The notes under the pieces: model-generated
The model's input: only the letters and a program-made list of their open reading frames with translations
What the model was told of the DNA's origin: nothing
Database searches by the model: none
Part shown: piece by piece, positions 9,717-20,500 of the stretch
Layout: every line of letters begins with the position of its first letter
Position numbering within the stretch: position 1 is the stretch's first letter
Position numbers and translations under genes: made by a program
NCBI GenBank assembly: GCA_963668645.2
Contig: CAXXWC010000003.1
Span: forward strand, 224,001-288,000
DNA from: Desulfobacterales bacterium
GTDB taxonomy: Bacteria > Desulfobacterota > Desulfobacteria > Desulfobacterales > UBA2174
DNA length: 64,000 nt
Direction: 5' to 3'

Positions 9717-10019
9717 GCTGTTTTTCCCTTTCCGAAAATCGATGCGCGTTGCGCATCGACTATGAGTTTGTTAAAATTCGGATTTTTCGCATCGGCTGTC
9801 TTTTGCCGGATGCGACGATAAAGTTGCCGGTGCCATAGCAGAAGGCCCCGGTCAAGTCAACGTGCATCGATCTTAATCAAGGTTCTCCGCTGCCTACGGT
9901 TTCCCCGCAAACGGAGGCCGCCCGCACCCATCGGTTGCCACCGGATCGCCAGAACCTTGACAACCGTCCGGAATGTCATTTAAAAAGTGTTCAATCGTGC
10001 TTTAAGGAGATGTGAAACC

Positions 10020-10508
10020 ATGCCGATCTACGAGTTTTTCTGCCCAGAGTGCAATACGATTTTCAATTTTTTTTCCCGCAGCGTCAACACTGCCAAACGC
10101 CCCGATTGCCCTCAATGCGGCAGGGTAAAACTGACCCGCCAGATGTCGGCCTTTGCCATTGCCGGGCGCGCCAAAGAAGATGAAGGGGCCGAGGATCTGC
10201 CCATCGATGAACACAAGATGGAACAGGCCATGCAGACCCTCTCGCGCGAGGCGGAGCGGATCAACGAGGACGACCCGCGCCAGGCCGCGGCCCTGATGCG
10301 CAAACTTTCCGCCATGACCGGAATGGAACTCGGCCCCGGGATGGACGAAGCCATCCGCCGCATGGAGCGCGGCGAGGATCCCGAAGCGGTGGAGGCCGAA
10401 ATGGGCGATCTGCTCGAAGGTGAAGACCCGTTCATCCTGCCGGCCAAAAAGGCAGGCGGCGGGCGGCGGGCGGCTCCCCGGCATGACGAAAATCTGTATG
10501 ATCTGTGA
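10020..10508 (+). CDS. FmdB family zinc-ribbon regulatory protein
   Basis: MPIYEFFCPEC...CPQCG signature with an acidic helical C-terminal region; AAGGAG RBS upstream. Confidence 0.85.
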   Translation: MPIYEFFCPECNTIFNFFSRSVNTAKRPDCPQCGRVKLTRQMSAFAIAGRAKEDEGAEDLPIDEHKMEQAMQTLSREAERINEDDPRQAAALMRKLSAMTGMELGPGMDEAIRRMERGEDPEAVEAEMGDLLEGEDPFILPAKKAGGGRRAAPRHDENLYDL

Positions 10509-10529
10509 AAGGACGAGGGGCAGAGCCTT

Positions 10530-10599
10530 GTGGGAGCGCTTTGTAAGCGCGATCGGACAGACGCAAACAGCCTTCATCGCGGTTTAAAACCGCTCCCAC
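10530..10599. repeat. REP doublet (REPIN-like inverted pair)
   Basis: GTGGGAGCGCTTTGTAAGCGCGAT (10530-10553) and inverted copy GTGGGAGCGGTTTTAAACCGCGAT (10599-10576). Each has a GTGG foot plus an internal palindrome; located between convergent genes. Confidence 0.8.
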
Positions 10600-10623
10600 G
10601 AGAAACGCAGGGGTTGAATCTGA

Positions 10624-11430
10624 TCAAGGCAGGAGGTCGGCGACCCCCCTCAGGGCATATACGATCTCGGGTAGGCCAATTGCATTATCGCCGCTGATAT
10701 CCGCATTGCTGTGGAGATAGGCGCCGCCGTCGATCTGAACCATTCCTTGAAGGGCAGCGATGGCATCAGCCAGATCCACGTTCTGATCGCCGTTGACATC
10801 TCCCATTACGGGGGGAAGGAGCGTGGCCAAAACCACCCCGGCGCCGAGGTCGTCATCGAGATCCAACTCTCCGAGAAGTTGCTGAAGAAGTTCCTCGTCG
10901 GGATGCTCTTCTTCCAACAGGTCGCAGTTTTGCCTGGTGTTGTCACACTCCAAGACAAACCCACTGTAGGGGATTTCCCTCGGGGACAATGTCAGGGCGC
11001 TGGAGCCCGTCTCCTTGCAGCGGAATATCACCCTCCCCAACCGGATATTGTCGCCGGATAGCCCTGCAAGACGAAATCCGAATATTTCGAGTTCTCCGAT
11101 TTCATTGTTGACAATGACGAATATACCGGTCGGATTCGATGGGTCCTCCTGCTCGGACGGCCAGTTGTCAAAGTCAAGGTTCGCGTACTCTACCTCAAAA
11201 ATGCTTGCATCATATGCCAATTTGAAGCCGATGGTCAAAAGCCCTGGGGCCGGCACGTTAGACACGTAAATATCCACCGTGACAACCTCGCCGGCAATCA
11301 TGGGCCATGAATTTTCGTAAACTCCGTCCCGGGCAAAATCCGCGTGAAACTCCATGGCGGCGTAGGTCTGCGAGACGCCGGCCAAGGCGATGATGACGGC
11401 GGCCATCAGGATGGTGACGCGTTTCAGCAC
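10624..11430 (-). CDS. Secreted protein with cohesin-like domain and C-terminal dockerin-like domain
   Basis: GTG start after AAGAGG. Signal peptide MLKRVTILMAAVIIALAGVSQTYA. Cohesin pattern GEVVTVDIYV...GFKLAYDAS...LGRVIFRC..G.S.LTL. Paired Ca-binding loops GDVNGDQNVDLADAI...ADISGDNAIGLPEI. Confidence 0.75.
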   Translation of the reverse strand: MLKRVTILMAAVIIALAGVSQTYAAMEFHADFARDGVYENSWPMIAGEVVTVDIYVSNVPAPGLLTIGFKLAYDASIFEVEYANLDFDNWPSEQEDPSNPTGIFVIVNNEIGELEIFGFRLAGLSGDNIRLGRVIFRCKETGSSALTLSPREIPYSGFVLECDNTRQNCDLLEEEHPDEELLQQLLGELDLDDDLGAGVVLATLLPPVMGDVNGDQNVDLADAIAALQGMVQIDGGAYLHSNADISGDNAIGLPEIVYALRGVADLLP

Positions 11431-11500
11431 ATGAACCTCTTGGGGGGAAAATGGATTCCGGACCACGCCCGGAATGGCACAACCGAAGAATTCGGTCTTT

Positions 11501-14500
11501 TTATGAAACCATCCATACAGCGACATCCCCGGATTCTTCTTCCGTGTCGGCATCCATCAGGTTTAGGGTTGTTGCCGCAGGTTGCCACGGATTCAGGGAC
11601 GCCGTGGTATCTGCGCTCATCCCGGCCGACCCCGTCGAAGGAAATAGCGTCCCTGTAGTCGCCATCCTGATATACCAGAAGGTGGGCACCTTGCCGGAGA
11701 CCGGATCGGTCGATGGAACCGAGGGCAAGGGGTCGGCTTCCTCGGTTTCATCCTGGGTGTCCGCTGCCGCGGGAAGATTGGAATTGACTACGGCACTGGT
11801 CGCGGTAACCGCTTCCACCACCATCACAAGCAGGGAATCGGCGTTGTAAGTGCCGTCCTCATCAGTGGCCGTGGCCGTGATCGTCACCTGGTAGGGCTCC
11901 CAGCCGATGTGGCCGAACACGCTGGCAAAAAAGGCCAGATCGTTGTCATCCACCTCGCCCAGGCGGTAGCGCCGCACGAAGCGCAGGGCGTCTATGCCGT
12001 CCACGTCGCCGTCGCCATCCGAATCCCAGGGCGAGGTGGCATAGGTGTGAGTGGCCGAATCCCGATCGCCTGAAACTTCCAGCACCGTGCCGTCTCCCCA
12101 GTCGATGGTCCAGCGGTGGATCGTGTCCTGCCCGGGGTCGAGGGTGGTCGAAAGTGAAAGTTCGTACACTTGCCCGCCAAAGGCCTGGGCTTCACCCTGG
12201 ATCACGGGTGCGGGCGACACGTTGTTCACCGTTATGGTGACGGTTTCGGTATCGAAAAGCGACGGCGCGTCGTTATAGGTCGCACGCACCGTGACCGTCG
12301 CCGTCTGCGGTCCGTCGGCCGGGGTCCAGGTGAGCAGGCCGGTTTGCGCATCGATGGCAGCACCGGCCGGTCCGCTGTCCAAAGAGAAGGTCACCCCCCT
12401 TTCGTTCGGATCGCTGGCGTTCACCTGGATGCTCAGCAGGCTGCCTTCGTCCACGCTGCCGGGGCTGACCGGATCGATCACCGGAAGATCGTTGATCGTC
12501 AGTACGGTTTCATCTTCGGTGTAGGCATCACCGTCGAAAACTCGCAGGACGATCGTGTAAACCCCGTCCCTGCCGAGCCCGAGCCCTTTGAGAACGGTCC
12601 AGGAAACGCTCGGTGCAGCGGTCAGGGCATCGCTGAAATCGCCGTCCTGATTCAGGTCCCAGGCGTACTGCAAGGCTGCTGCATCCGCCGGGCTGACATC
12701 GCTGCCGGACCCGTCCAACACCAGAGCGTAGCCGGCATCGATGGTGTAGGGGCCGCCGGCATCGGCCGTAGGCGCCACGTTGTCCACCGCGGCCAGGGTC
12801 TGTGCCGTTGTGCTTTTGCCCGTGTCGTCCGTCACCTGGACGCTGATCGGATACCCGCCGACGACATTGTCCGGATAAAGATGGGTAAAAGTGAAGCTTG
12901 TGCTTCCGGGCGGACGGACCTTAGTCTCGTCGGCCGAACCATCTCCCCAGTCGACCACTGTCACGACGAAGGCCCCGGTTGAATCCGGATCAGAGAACGA
13001 GCCCTGCAACGTAACGCTGCTGTTTTCAGGTGCCGGATCGGGGGTCACGGTCAAGGATGAAATGACGGGCGCGTCGTCGGTCCCCGTGACCGTGATGGTA
13101 CCCTGGCCTTCGTCCTGGCCGCCCCGGCCGTCGGCGACGGTGTAGGTAAAGACGAAAGCGGCGCTTTGACCATGGATCAGGTTGTCAAATCCCTGGCGCG
13201 GATCGAAGGTAAAAGTACCATCGCCGTTGTCGACCAGCGTGCCGCGGGTTTCGACGGTAGTGACGGAAACGATGCTCAAGGTGTCGCCCGGATCTGGATC
13301 GCTGTCGTTAGCCAACAGCTCGGCGACGCTGATCGTAAGGGTCTGGTCCTCGCTGACGGCGAAGGTGTCGTCGCCGGCCACCGGCGCCTGGTTTTGCGCC
13401 AGGATCGTCGCCTGCCCGTCTTCGAGGGTCAGCACCAGTTCTCCTTCGTTGAGCTGGCTGGCTTCGTTCAAATCGAGGACCGTGGCCCCATAGGGGGCAT
13501 CGGCGCGCACGTGCAAGTCGAGTTCGGCAATGCTCCCGGTGCTGCCGGCAGCCAGGACATCCAGTCCGAAAAGGGAAACGATGACCCGCCCGGCCGCCTC
13601 GTCCACGTGGGCGTAAACGGTCCAGCCTTCAGTGAGCTGTCCGGTGTGCACTTCGCTCTCGCCAAGGTCGAAAACAGCCGTGTCATAGTACAGATAGATG
13701 TCAGCGGCGAGCAGACCGGCGGCGTTATCCAGAATGGCGAGCGGTACGGTCAGGGTGTCTCCCCGGTAGGCCGTCAGTTCGCCGGGAATCCCAAGGAGCG
13801 GATCGCGGCTGCTGTCCGCGAGGGGCACCAGGATTCCCGCCAGATCGGGAATCTGCGGCACGCTCAGCCCCACCGCCTTGCGGGCCGTGTAGGCAGCGTC
13901 AAGACCGCTGAGGCTGCCGTCGCCGGTCACGTCCCCGATGAGAACCGGGTCTTTCATGCGGTACACGGCGGCGAAACCGGGATCCAGGCCGCCCCCCACC
14001 CGGGCGATATAGGCGGCATCCAGACCGCTGTAAATCTGGTTTCCCGTGGCATCGCCGAGGTAGGCGACGACCTGCACGGCGCTGTCGGTCCGCCCGCCGA
14101 TGGCGCCCTTGTTGAGTTTCAGCGTTTCCAGGCTCAGGACGGCGGCCGAGGCATAGGGGGCGTCGACCGGCACGGATGCCCGAACATCAAGGAGTTGAAC
14201 CGCACCTGCGGCCAAAGGCGTCTTTCCGGAAAGGGTGATGGAAATGTGTCCCGGATTGCTCAGATCATAAACCAGACTCCAGCCGCCAGGCACGTTGGCA
14301 CCCTTCAGGATCTGATCGACATGCAGCAAGGTCGGATCATAAACCAGAACCACAGCAACCGACTGGATCGCGGTCCCGTCGCTGAGGCTCACCGGGATTC
14401 CGGTGCCCGTGGCCGACAGGTTGACAGCCTGTCCCGGTCCCCGGGTGAAATCCGGCAAGGAGACGAGTCGAACTCCACCGGCGGCCACGGTAAAGGTTGC

Positions 14501-17500
14501 TTGATAATCGCCGCCGCCAACGGCATCGCCATCGCCGTCCAGACGATTTCCAAGCATATCGGTGAACCCGTCTTGGGCTCCGCTCAGGGTCAAGGTATAA
14601 GCATCATCCGCCAAAACCCCGCCGGTGCGCACAAAGGTGACGCTTCGGGCTTCCGCATCGTAGATCAGAGACCCGGTGACAGCCCCGGAGGTCTCCCCCA
14701 CCAGGGTAAGATCGGACGCACCGTAAGTATTGCGCAAGGTGTCATAGAGATTGAGACGCTCCGGATCGAGCGGATAGTTGAAAAAGATGGTCACACCGCT
14801 GGCAAAGGGCACGACCTCGGTCACCCTCAGCAGCGGCACGTCTGAAATGACTGCCAGTTCGTCCACCGTGGCGTCGCTGCCCGCATTGCCGGCCGCATCG
14901 ACGGCGGTCACGGCCACATCGTATGTACCGAGGGCCAGGGCCGGGCTGATGGTGTCGTCTGGCAGAGTCCAGGTCCCATCGCCGTTGTTCACGCCCGTGT
15001 AGACCCGGTCATCGACCACCACCCGGATGGTCGCCGCAGGGTCATTCACCGTTCCGGTCAACCTCGGGGTGGCATCATCGGCTTCAAGAAAATCGATGGT
15101 CACCACCGGCGCCGTGCCATCGACGGTCAACTCATTTGAAGTCTCATCGACGCTGCAATTACCCGCTTGGTCGTTGGCCGCAGCCAGCACCTCGTAGACG
15201 CCGTCGGCCAGAGCCGGAGAAAGGGTGCCGGCCGGCAGGGACCAGCCGCCGGCGCCATCGTTGACCGCCGCGTAAGCGATGCCGTTAACGGTCACCGTCA
15301 CCCGGGCTGCGGGGTCGTCCACCGTACCGGTCAAGGCCGGCGACGACACACTGGCCAAAACGCTGTCCACCGTCTCCACCGGGGCCGCGCGATCAAGGAA
15401 GAACTGGACACCAAGATTGTCGCCATGGTTGAAGGCATTGCCAGCCTGGTCGACTATAGTCGCACGCAGGAAGACGGCGTAGATCCCGTCACTGCTCAGC
15501 GGGGTGTCGAAGTAGACCGACAGCACGTCGCTGCCCCATCCTTCGATACGCGAAGCCGTGATCTGTGCGCCGACCGTATCGAGGATCCGCAAATCTGAAC
15601 TCTGGCCGTAAACCGGCTCGATGAAGGTAAAAATCAGGGTCGGTGTGTCGTCGTTGGTCAGCCTGTCGCTCTGGTCCGCACCGCTGTCGGCAGACAGATG
15701 CCAATCGTCCAGGACCGGCGTCACCGCATCGATATATACCGTCACCATGGCTGTGCTCAGGGCACCGCTGGCATCGCTGATCGTATAGGCGAAAACGTCA
15801 GTTTCCGACTGGCCGGCCAGAAGCCATTCATACCTTCCACCCGGATCGTAGCTGAAAGTGCCATCGCCGTTGTCCGTCAAGCTGCCCAGTGTGTCGTCCG
15901 TCGGCGCGATCGATACAATGGTCAGGATATCGCTGGAGTCAGGATCCGTGTCATTGGCCAGCAGGTCGGCGGCGGTGAAGGTAATCGGCGTGTCCTCGTC
16001 CGTGTTCAGTGTATCGTCGACTGCCGCCGGGGCCTCGTTGCGCCCTTGGATCACGATGGTCACCGTCGCCGTGGAGGTACCGCCGGTGCCGTCGCTGATG
16101 GTGTAGGTGAATTGATCGTAGGCCTGCTCCCCGGGGGCCAGGGCCTCGAACTGGCCGTCCGGGCTGTAAACGTAGGCCCCGGTCAGATCCGAGTAGGTCA
16201 AGCGACCGGCCAGGCCGGTGGTATCCACCGCGATGATGGCAAGCACGTCGCCCAGGTCCGGATCGCTGTCGTTGTCCAAAAGGTCCTGCGGCGTGATCGT
16301 CAGCGATGTGTCTTCGTCGGTGACCAGTTCGTCTTCGGATGCCACCGGATCGCCGTGGACCGTATCGGAGGTTCCGCCGACAGACCAGGTGGCGGCCGCA
16401 CCGCTCACGCCCGCGCTCAGGGTGAAGATGCCGGCACTGTAATAGGTGTGCTGGATCTCGACCTGAGCGATCACCGGCGACGGCAACGAGAGCGGGCCGC
16501 CGGTATAGATCGAAATGGTGCTCGGGTCGTTGAATGCGTAGCGCGCCCAATCTCCCAGGACCACATCGTCATACCCGTCGGCGTTGAAATCACCCCCGCC
16601 GATGGTTCCGGGAACATCATCGAAACCGATTGACCTGGCCGTGCCGGCCGGGAATTGGACCGTCACCGGCGAGACGCCATCGGCCGATCCCAGATAGAGC
16701 AAAGCCTGGCCCAAGGCGCCTTGCCCGTCCTCCGGGGCGCCGGCAAGGACCAGAAAATCATCGTAGCCGTCGGCGTTGACATCTCCGGCCGGGGCCAGAT
16801 CCCACCCGAACCAAGCGCTGACTGCCGATTGGGGCACCTGGATGGATTGCGGCGTTGGGTCGAACCCTTCAGCAGTTCCGTAGTAGGCATATACCGCACC
16901 CAACTCTTGGACATACGGATCGGCCTGGGTCTGGAAAGGTGCACTGACGATGATGTCGGGCGAGCCGTCTCCGTTGATATCCCCCACCCCCGCGGCATCC
17001 CAGCCGAATCCGCCCGCATTGGGCGCTTCCAGGGTCTGAAGGGGCGCACTGCCGAGCCCTGCGGCGGTGCCGAGGAAGACATACACCCGGCCGTCCATGC
17101 TGCCTTTGCGATAGGCGCCGACGATCACGTCATCGAAACCGTCTTCATTCAGATCGCCGACGGCCGAAACGCTGGTCCCCACCAGTTCGTCGGCCTCCTG
17201 GCCCTGATAGGTCCAAACCGGACTTTGGGTCAGACCGTCGGACGAACCGAGGTACAACTGGACTTCACCTGCATCCACCAGTGTCGTGAATTGCCCGCTG
17301 GCTGGATCGCGTCCGACCACATCGGCTGCCGGCACCCCCACCAGCACGTCGCCGTAGCCGTCGTTGTTCACGTCTCCGGCGGCCACGGCTGAATACCTGA
17401 ACGGTGTCGATGCGGCCAGACCGTCAATGCGCCAGACCGGGCCGGCAAGCCCTGCAGGAGCGGCGGCGCCCTCAGTGCCGAAGAAGAGGAATACCGCCCC

Positions 17501-20500
17501 TTCGACCGAATCGGTTTCATAGGCGACGCTGCCGTCCTCCATGACCACCGGCCGCTGGATCTGGACCACCTGATTGGGCGAAATCACCAGCACATCGTCG
17601 CAGCCGTCGTTGTTGACATCACCGGCCGGAACGACGGCAATGTCCCTGGCAAAAGACTGGAAGGACTGATCATCGGCCCAGAATCCGGAGATGATCATGG
17701 ACGGTTCGGCGCCGAGGCCGTCGGCCGATCCCAGATAGACCACCAGCCGGCTGATGCCCGTGGTGCCCGTCTCTGCGTAGTAGTAGGCCGATTCGGCCAC
17801 CACGATGTCGTCATAGCCGTCGTTGTTCAGGTCGCCGACAGCCACGGAGTTGGCGTCGCTCATGTCGTGGCGCAGCCACCACTCGAGGTCTCCCGGGTGC
17901 GGTTCCAGCACCAGCGAAGGCTCGTCCCAGACCAGGGGTTCGGGGGCGATGTAATCCAGATTCAGGGTCTGGATCGGGCTGCCGTCGCCGAAATCGATCT
18001 CCACCTCGACCTTGCCGTCAACCGTCGGCAAAAAGCTGTAACCCGGATCCCGCACCACCACCCGGATGGTGGTGGGCTGGCCCGTGTGGATGAACTCGTC
18101 GACGAAACTCGGTTCGACCACCACCTGGTCTCCAACCGAAACGAATCCCGCCCCGGCCTGGATATCGACATCGACCAGCTGGCCCACCAGAACCCCGGAC
18201 ACGGTCCCGTTGCCGCTTCCCAGCGCCGGCGAAACCGCATCGCTCAGGTTGTTGTCCAGAAGCGACTGGTTCCGGGTCACCGGGGAACCACCGAAGGAAA
18301 CCTGCCCGGCCGCGGAGAAAAGGAGCCGGTTGGCATAGCTGTCGGTCCGGAGAATGACGCTGCGCGCATCGATACTGCCAGCTGAAGTGACCTCCAGGTC
18401 GCCGTCCATCACATCGATACCGCCCAGCAGGATCGAGCTGCGGGCGTTGATCTTCAGATCCCCCGGTCCCTGCACCTGGGCGTGAAGCTGCTGCACTTCG
18501 GCAAGCAGATCGAAACCGTTGTAAGCGGTGGCCGCAAGGATATCGGCGCTGATCAGCGTACTGCTCCCGCCGACGATGGTCATGGCGCTCAGATTGACGT
18601 TGATCGCCTGGATCGTCGGCGCACCGATCCCGCTCGCGGCGGCCGTCCCGGCTGTCGGATCGAGAACCAGAGACTTTCCGGCATTCAGATAAACGCTGCC
18701 CCCAGTGCTGTCGATGGCCCCGTTGGAAGTGAAGATGATGTTGCGCGGGGCATACAGATAAAGTCCTTCGGTAGCGGTGATGATGGTGTCGATAATGATG
18801 TCGCGCGCCACTTCTTCGCCGATATTGAACGAACCGGTATAAGCGTCATCGATGAGCACGCTCAGGTGCGGGCGCAGATCGGCGCTGCCCTCGGGCAGGG
18901 CCCAGAGTTCTTCGGAGACGAGGTTGTCCAGGCCGCTGAGGGCCGTGATCTCGGTGGCGCCGGTGATCGAGGCGGTCACTCCGGCGATGGGCCGGATCTG
19001 GCGCGCGGCATCCAGCGTGATACTGCTGGCCCAGACCTGAAGGGCGCCCACTTCGATGCTGCCCGCGCCACCGGCAGTCAGGGTAATGTTGCTGCCCGCC
19101 ACCTCTTGGGCGCGCAGGGTCCCGCCGCCGGCCACCGTCACGGCCCCGCCGTTGGCTACCACATAAGTCAGATCCACGACCTTGTCGCTGAATTGCCAAT
19201 CTTGACGCTCAACGCCGGCAGTGAAATCCCAGCCATTCTGGTCGATGCCGTAGTCGCCGTCGTCGATCCAGATATTGCCCGCCTGGTTCTCCACGACATA
19301 TTGCTGCATATCGGCGTAAACCGCGACCTCGCCGAAAACATCGACCACCAGCGCATCACCTGCGATCAGGCTGCCTTCGGCACCGAAGACCGACCCGGCG
19401 ACGGAAACCAGTTCAACCGTGTCGGCATTGAGCAGCGCGCCCTGATCCAGGTAAAGGTCGCCTGCGGTCTCGATCTGGATCAGGTCGACACCGAGCAGGC
19501 TGCCGCTGATGTGCAGATCGGCTTCACTCTGGATGTGAACTTCCCGGGCCGTAAAGGCCTGGCCGAAATTCAGGCCGCTGATCCCGGCAGGGGCGATGAT
19601 GTTCAGGATCCCGGAAGCGCTCAGGGAGATGCCCTCGAGGTTGACGAATCCGTCCTGCACGGCCTCCACCGGCTTGACCAGCTGGCCGTTGTAAATCAGC
19701 TCGGTGTACAGGGTGGGCAAGGCCTCTTCGGGCTGGTATTCCTTGTCGGTATATTCGGCCACCGGGTCGACGAAGGTGAAATCACCGTTTGAAAGCCGGG
19801 TGTAAGTCGGGGTGAACTCGGTGAACTGGACCAGGACGTCCTCACGCTCGATGTCCCCGCTCAGGCTTTCCCCCGGACCGACGATGACGGCCTCATCCCA
19901 GTCAATCCCCTCTTCCTGAAGCAGCAGATCCGCCAGCCCCACCGCCGTCAGGGTGACAGGATCGAGAACATAGACGTCGACGTTGTCCCAACTGAAATCG
20001 GCATCCAGCGGATTGGGTGCCTCGGGATCCGCGCTGGCGATGATGATCGGATAATGATAGTCGTTGACCTCGAACAGGTCATGAGTAAGCTCTCGCCTGA
20101 TGGTCTGCTCCTTGCCGTCCTCGTCCAGCCGGATTTCGTCGTGCCAGGTGGTGGTGGTGCCGGCCAACTGGCGCACGAAGAAGGAAACCTCGCCGGGGTA
20201 GACGACGGCGGGAACCTCCCCGAACAGATCGACCGCGTAGAGCCGATCGTCGCCCTGATCGTCCGGGGTGCCCATGATGTCACGGTAGTACCAGGTCCCA
20301 CCGTTTTGCTCCAGGGCGACCTGCCAAGTGTAAAAGGCGTCGTCGGTGTTGTCCTCGACGTAGACCGGTTCACCGGTTTCCGGGTCCGTGGCGCCGGTCA
20401 ATCCTTTTACGTCACGATAATAGAGTTGGCCGGTGACGGTGTTCTGGTAGAGGTGGAACCCGGAGAACGGATCCTGGGCCACCAGCACCCCTTCGGTTTC

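Noticed and set aside
11431..11553. ORF-track N-terminal extension of the cohesin-dockerin gene overlapping the giant gene
   Set aside because: RBS, GTG at 11430 and an immediate signal peptide give a better start.
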